Source: an uncultured Clostridium sp. (GTDB lineage Bacteria > Bacillota_I > Bacilli_A > RF39 > UBA660). From it: a DNA stretch of 45,259 nucleotides. The notes under the pieces are model-generated. The model saw only the letters and a list, made by a program, of their open reading frames with translations, ran no database searches and was not told where the DNA came from. Positions 40,229 through 45,259 of this stretch are shown one piece after another (position 1 is the stretch's first letter; each line of letters opens with the position of its first letter). The stretch lies in the NCBI GenBank assembly GCA_964475905.1, contig CAYYXX010000003.1:1-45259 (forward strand), in the 5' to 3' direction. Position numbers and translations under genes: made by a program.

Positions 40229-42424
40229 TCACGCCCTTTTTCTAATGATTTTTCTTATAATATTTGTTGTTTTAGGAGAAAAATTAATTTTATTTATTAA
40301 CTTCCATTTAGTAGAGTTTAATATTTTTTCTAATTGTTCATTAGCATAATTATTATTACATAAATTACTCTGTTTTAATACTTTTTGCAACTTACTAAAA
40401 GAAATTTCTTTTGCTTTATTACTAATTGTATAAATTTCTTTATATTCTAAATTCATTTCTTCCAAATTTTTTATCTTATATTTTTTTATTGATTTTATTT
40501 TTTCATTGTATTCAATTGGATTATTTTTTATATCATTTATTTTATTCATTATATCATTTACATCACTTTTTAAATCAATAGTCCAACCTAAATTATATTT
40601 TTTTACTCTCTCTGCTCCTGCACCAATAGCATAGGATAATATAGGAACTCCTGCTGCAACAACTTCACTAACTGTATAAGAATATGTTTCTGGCCATATT
40701 TGAAAGAAACAAACTAAATTAATATTATTTTCTTTTAATAAATTAGCAATATTATCTCTATTATATTTACCATGATAAATATAATTTTTACCATTTTTAT
40801 TTAATTTTTTATCCTCACATATTCCAAATAAATGATATTTTACATTACCAGATTTCATTTTTTTTATTAACTTATCGAAAACTCTCAAACCTTTATGATT
40901 ACTTAAAACTCCAACATACGCAACATTGAACTCACTAGAATTTAATATAATATTGTTATCTAATTTCTTAATATTAATACCATGTTCTATAACTCTAATA
41001 TTAATTTTTTTATATATCTTATTGATTCTTCTTTTTGTATCTTCTGATGGAGTTATAATATTTTGCATACAAGAAAATAATCTATTCCAGTCATTATGCC
41101 AATCATCTAAAATATTGTTATTAATTTTCATAGTTAATGATAAACAATTTTTGCAATCTCTATTTTCTAAATTTTCACAATATTTAGTACCATCATACAA
41201 CATATTTATTGTTGGACAAATACAGTAAAAATCATGTAATGTAATAGTTGCAGATAGTTGATATTTTTTTATTACATCAACAACATCGAAATAATGATTT
41301 ATCATATGATGAATATGGATAACTGTAATTCCTAATGCTTCTACTATATCTGAAAGCATTTCTTTATATTCATCATTGTATCTTGGTAAAATATTTAATT
41401 TTTTTATACTAATTAAGTTTACACTACATTCACTATCATCAAAATAGGAATATAGTTTATATAGACCATCTTTATAAGATAAAATATGAAAATTAAAATC
41501 ATTTTTTAAACCATTTACTATGTCTTTTACATGAAGAGTTGTTCCACCAGTAGAAGTCTCCCAATCATGAACTAAAATTAATATATTTTTCTTTTCTGAT
41601 AGTTTTGTTGAATATAAAACATTGTTTCCTATATATTTAATTGGGAAGTTTGAACACCACTCTTTTAGTTTGGTTTCATAAATTGGATAACGCTGATTTA
41701 GTATTTTTTCATGTTCTTGACATAGTTTTTCTCTTTCCTTATTAAATGATTGACTTTCCTTATGATAAACAATTACATTATCACACAAAACATTTCGATA
41801 GCCATAATCTAAACATCTAAAAGAAAAATCATTTTCTTCTCCATAGCCCTTTCCAAAAGCATCTTCATCAAAAAAGCCAACTACATTTAAAACTTCTCTT
41901 TTAATATACATGCAAAAACCATGAGCTGTTGGTAATTCTGGATAGTCACAATATGAACATTTTTCAACTATCTCTGCATATTTTTCAAAAGTAATACCTT
42001 CTGGAATTTCATTTTTTTCTAATCCATTCGGAATAGAAGCTAAAGTTGCATTATTTGATAATGCTGTTACTGTAGCAATTTTTTCACCACTATAAGCACA
42101 TTTTTTCATATTTTCAAGCCAATTTTTAGGAACTTCAGTATCACTATTTAGTAACAAAACATCATTGTCAGAATATTTCATTCCTTTATTTACAGTCCCC
42201 ACAAAGCCTAAATTATTATCATTAGTTAAAACAATTATATTTTTATCTTTATTTCTATTTTTAAATTTGTTTAATAAAGGAATAATCTTTTTATCTGAAC
42301 TTTTATCATCAATTAAAATTAATCTGTTTTCTTTTAAATCAGTATTTCTAATAACAGTTTCTATACATTCATTTACAGCATCATAAGCATTGTACACTGG
42401 TATTATTACATCACATTTTTTCAT
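40229..42424 (-). CDS. Bifunctional GT2 + GT4 glycosyltransferase
   Basis: IIPVYN, NLGFV..VN.G, LLNSD, FGKGYGEENDF; then GGT..HV, TLHDFY..CP, HKG, WPETYSYTVSE. Confidence 0.9.
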   Translation of the reverse strand: MKKCDVIIPVYNAYDAVNECIETVIRNTDLKENRLILIDDKSSDKKIIPLLNKFKNRNKDKNIIVLTNDNNLGFVGTVNKGMKYSDNDVLLLNSDTEVPKNWLENMKKCAYSGEKIATVTALSNNATLASIPNGLEKNEIPEGITFEKYAEIVEKCSYCDYPELPTAHGFCMYIKREVLNVVGFFDEDAFGKGYGEENDFSFRCLDYGYRNVLCDNVIVYHKESQSFNKEREKLCQEHEKILNQRYPIYETKLKEWCSNFPIKYIGNNVLYSTKLSEKKNILILVHDWETSTGGTTLHVKDIVNGLKNDFNFHILSYKDGLYKLYSYFDDSECSVNLISIKKLNILPRYNDEYKEMLSDIVEALGITVIHIHHMINHYFDVVDVIKKYQLSATITLHDFYCICPTINMLYDGTKYCENLENRDCKNCLSLTMKINNNILDDWHNDWNRLFSCMQNIITPSEDTKRRINKIYKKINIRVIEHGINIKKLDNNIILNSSEFNVAYVGVLSNHKGLRVFDKLIKKMKSGNVKYHLFGICEDKKLNKNGKNYIYHGKYNRDNIANLLKENNINLVCFFQIWPETYSYTVSEVVAAGVPILSYAIGAGAERVKKYNLGWTIDLKSDVNDIMNKINDIKNNPIEYNEKIKSIKKYKIKNLEEMNLEYKEIYTISNKAKEISFSKLQKVLKQSNLCNNNYANEQLEKILNSTKWKLINKINFSPKTTNIIRKIIRKRA

Positions 42425-42426
42425 TT

Positions 42427-43200
42427 CTATAACTCCTCCGCAAATCTCTTTTTACATTTTTGAAATATCAAATATCCTATAACTAAAATAACAAAACACA
42501 TGATAAATAATATAAATACATTAGACATATTAGGAACTTGTTTATCATAAAGAATTGTTCTGTAATATTCTATAATATGAAACATCGGATTTAGTTTAAA
42601 TATAGGTAAAAACTTATCTGGAATCATATCAGAAGAATATACTATCGGACACAAATAAAACATAAGCATCATAAATATATTAATTATATATTCAACATCC
42701 CTAATATACACAGTTATAGCAGAAAAAACAAACGATAAACCAAGCTGCAATATATATTGCATTATTATTATTAATGGAAGCATAAACATCGATGTTCCAA
42801 TACCAATACCACTAATTAATAAAGCAACAATCACTATAATACCAGTAATTAAAAAATTAATTAAATTACTCGTAGCAGTACTAATAGGAAGTATTTCCCT
42901 TGGAAAATAAACTTTTTTAATAATACCACCATTTGAAACAATTGAAGCAGCACTTTGAATAATTGTAGAATTAAAGAAAGTCCACGGCATCAAAGCAACA
43001 ATTAAAAACATAGTATAATTATCAACATTCATTCTTAATATAAAAGGAAATACTAAAGCATATATTAAAAGTTGAAACAACGGATTTAAAAAACTCCAAA
43101 GTACACCTAAAAATGATTTCTTATATTTACCTCTAAATTCCTTTTTTATTGAAGTTTTTAAAAACTCCCTATAATTATATAATTCTTTAAAAATTCGCAT
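42427..43200 (-). CDS. Polysaccharide ABC exporter permease (Wzm/RgpC/TagG-like)
   Basis: YKKSFLGVLWSFLNPL, IIKKVYFPRE, RD, PIVY, LNP, FAEEL. Confidence 0.93.
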   Translation of the reverse strand: MRIFKELYNYREFLKTSIKKEFRGKYKKSFLGVLWSFLNPLFQLLIYALVFPFILRMNVDNYTMFLIVALMPWTFFNSTIIQSAASIVSNGGIIKKVYFPREILPISTATSNLINFLITGIIVIVALLISGIGIGTSMFMLPLIIIMQYILQLGLSFVFSAITVYIRDVEYIINIFMMLMFYLCPIVYSSDMIPDKFLPIFKLNPMFHIIEYYRTILYDKQVPNMSNVFILFIMCFVILVIGYLIFQKCKKRFAEEL

Positions 43201-43202
43201 AA

Positions 43203-43937
43203 TTAACCACATACCTTTTCATATTCTTTTAAAACTTCTTCTGTCTTTCCGTCCATTTCAATTTTCCCATCTTTAAGCCAAATTGATCTATCACATAAAA
43301 ACTTCACAGCACTAGCAGAATGTGATACAAAAACTAGTGTCTTTCCACTTTTTTTAAGTTCTAACATTTTATCCATACATTTTTCTTGAAAATGTTGATC
43401 CCCTACCGCTAGTATTTCATCAATTAAAATTATATCAGCATCTACATTTATAGCCACCGAAAAAGCAAGTCTCATATACATACCTGAAGAATATGTTCTT
43501 ATCGGCGTATCAATAAAATCTTCTAATTCAGAAAACTCTATTATTTTATTTAATCTATCATCAATCTCTTTTCTAGTAAGACCAAATATAGAAGCATTAA
43601 AATAAATATTTTCTCTTCCAGAAAAATCAGGATGAAATCCAGCACCAAGTTCCAATAAAGAAGAAACTTTACCATTAACTTTAATCGTTCCTTTGTTTGG
43701 ATATATTATTCTTGTAATCAACTTAAGTAACGTTGATTTACCTGAGCCATTAACCCCTATCAAGGCAACAGATTCACCCTTTCTTATGTCAAAATCAATA
43801 TTTTTCAATACATTCCTAACTTCCTTATTATTTTTATTAAATCTAATTATTCTTTCCTTCAAAGTATTAGCTTTATCTCCATAAATAATAAAATCCTTAC
43901 TCATATGATTCACACTTATAGCAATATTATTCTTCAT
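43203..43937 (-). CDS. Polysaccharide ABC exporter ATPase (Wzt/RgpD/TagH-like)
   Basis: GVNGSGKST, LELGAGF, YSSGM..RLAF, IDEILAVGD..FQ.KC, VSH. Confidence 0.95.
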   Translation of the reverse strand: MKNNIAISVNHMSKDFIIYGDKANTLKERIIRFNKNNKEVRNVLKNIDFDIRKGESVALIGVNGSGKSTLLKLITRIIYPNKGTIKVNGKVSSLLELGAGFHPDFSGRENIYFNASIFGLTRKEIDDRLNKIIEFSELEDFIDTPIRTYSSGMYMRLAFSVAINVDADIILIDEILAVGDQHFQEKCMDKMLELKKSGKTLVFVSHSASAVKFLCDRSIWLKDGKIEMDGKTEEVLKEYEKVCG

Positions 43938-45124
43938 TTCCCTCTCCTTAATATTTTACAAAAAATCATTTTCAACTTTCTTATTGGTTCTGTAATCTTC
44001 CAACTTGTAGATGAAATTAATTCTGTATTCTTTTTTACTTCATTTTCATATAGTAATTTATAATCAACTAATTCAAAATAAGCTGTCTTTAATTTATTAA
44101 ACTTACTATTATATGCATCCATTCTTTCAACATAAAGTCTACTTCTTCTATTCAAATATGAATACTTCTGATAAAAAACTTTTTCATCAATATAATTATT
44201 TAAAAGTTCTTTTACAATTTCTTTCATATTTTTTTCAAAATTAAAATTATCATATGCAAATTTTTTCATATAATCTAAATCATATTGAACATTATTATAA
44301 TCATTTATAATTTCATCCAATATCTGATAAGCACTTTTCTTCTTGCCAAAACCACGACCAGAAAAATTATATTTAAAAGCCTCTTTAATATTATTTTTGC
44401 TTATATATCCATATCCACCAAACATATCATAACAATATGCTGGCTTCCCCATAGCAGTAGCATAATAAATTGTTTTACCTATAGATATTACTACATCATA
44501 TTTATTAAGCACCTTCTCATCAATATACTTAGGTGTATACTGAACCCCAAATATATCAACTTTAATATTTTCTTTTTCAGCAATAACTTTCAATTCAACT
44601 AATTCCTCTGGAACATGATTAGATACAATACATATTTTCTTTACTTTTTTAGATTTTACAATTTTACAATCAAAATATTCTTTCGAAGCATAATTTGGAA
44701 ACAATTTAATTTTATTTTCATTGCATCCCTCTTCTATTAATTTGCTTTTAACTTCAGCAGTAATTGCCCCAATTAAACTCAAATCATTTCCATATTCTGG
44801 AAGTGCCTCGTACGGTTCAAAAGAAGAAAGAGAAATATAAGAAATATGTTTGCTCTTTACCCCCAATGCAAACAAAACATAATCAAGTAAAGGAAAATGA
44901 TGAGACCATATAATATCATATCTCTTATATATTTTTTCTTTTTCATTTGGAGTTATAACTCTTATCCTCTTATCAACTTTATTCATTAGTGGCTTACCTT
45001 TTTCCAAAGTAAAAATATCGACACAAAAGCCATTATTTAAAAAATAATTAGCAACCACTATAGTATCAATCTCCGAACCTGAATAATTAACAATATTATA
45101 ATTAGTCAATAATACTTTTTTCAT
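43934..45124 (-). CDS. Putative GT-B glycosyltransferase with a C-terminal coiled-coil
   Basis: KVLLTN.....SGSE, YDVVISIGKT...A.A.GKP...YD..GG.G, NFSGR; C-terminal SSTSWKITEPIR; start ATG 45124. Confidence 0.7.
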   Translation of the reverse strand: MKKVLLTNYNIVNYSGSEIDTIVVANYFLNNGFCVDIFTLEKGKPLMNKVDKRIRVITPNEKEKIYKRYDIIWSHHFPLLDYVLFALGVKSKHISYISLSSFEPYEALPEYGNDLSLIGAITAEVKSKLIEEGCNENKIKLFPNYASKEYFDCKIVKSKKVKKICIVSNHVPEELVELKVIAEKENIKVDIFGVQYTPKYIDEKVLNKYDVVISIGKTIYYATAMGKPAYCYDMFGGYGYISKNNIKEAFKYNFSGRGFGKKKSAYQILDEIINDYNNVQYDLDYMKKFAYDNFNFEKNMKEIVKELLNNYIDEKVFYQKYSYLNRRSRLYVERMDAYNSKFNKLKTAYFELVDYKLLYENEVKKNTELISSTSWKITEPIRKLKMIFCKILRRGK

Positions 45125-45259
45125 ACACCTATTCCCCACATAATTATAACATTTTTCTACACTTCAAGTCAATAAAAGCATACTTTTTGCAGGACAAAAT
45201 AAGAAAAAATTTTTAAAACACTTAATTAAGCCAATATTTATAAGGCTTTTTTTAAGTTT

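Noticed and set aside
341-44602. Numerous 60-170 aa ORFs antisense to, or out of frame within, real genes (e.g. 341-523, 1962-2309, 8332-8850, 13391-13696, 29569-29958, 40926-41228)
   Set aside because: They are I/N/L/S-rich shadows of biased codon usage, overlap well-supported genes or the pseudogene, and lack recognisable motifs.
1-45259. Mycoplasma-type genetic code (TGA=Trp), tRNA/rRNA genes, prophage or IS elements
   Set aside because: Conserved genes are full length under the standard code and several end in TGA; no tRNA/rRNA-like, integrase, transposase or phage structural sequences were recognised.

Overview
Very AT-rich bacterial chromosomal segment using the standard code (TGA is a stop), with nearly all genes on the minus strand. 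Gene content suggests a reduced-genome gut Bacilli lineage such as RF39; this is inference only. About 1-21.4 kb is core-like. It holds gap, gpr, rpsT, recD2, a spoVID/ysxE-like pair, a Cys-rich sortase-type surface protein, dnaG-rpoD-trmK, a CE4 deacetylase, an HD protein, an MscS-family gene, hemW, sspI with a consensus sigma-G promoter, holA, and rpsP-khpA flanked by four SipW/TasA-type secreted paralogues. About 21.5-45.2 kb is a compositionally different accessory block. It holds an MqsR-like toxin with a Zn-ribbon/HTH/Panacea antitoxin, galE, and a large rhamnose-type cell-wall polysaccharide locus (Wzm/Wzt, many GTs, GacI/J/K/L-like genes, one decayed DUF2142 paralogue). Two observations stand out. 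First, a complete group II intron (25229-27191) is inserted immediately after the ATG of a deacetylase gene and carries a replacement RBS and in-frame ATG inside its own domain VI. Second, an unannotated array of four hairpin repeats with a 34-nt period is closed by a long-range stem and a U-tract (37049-37255), directly upstream of a DUF3990 toxin-like gene pair.
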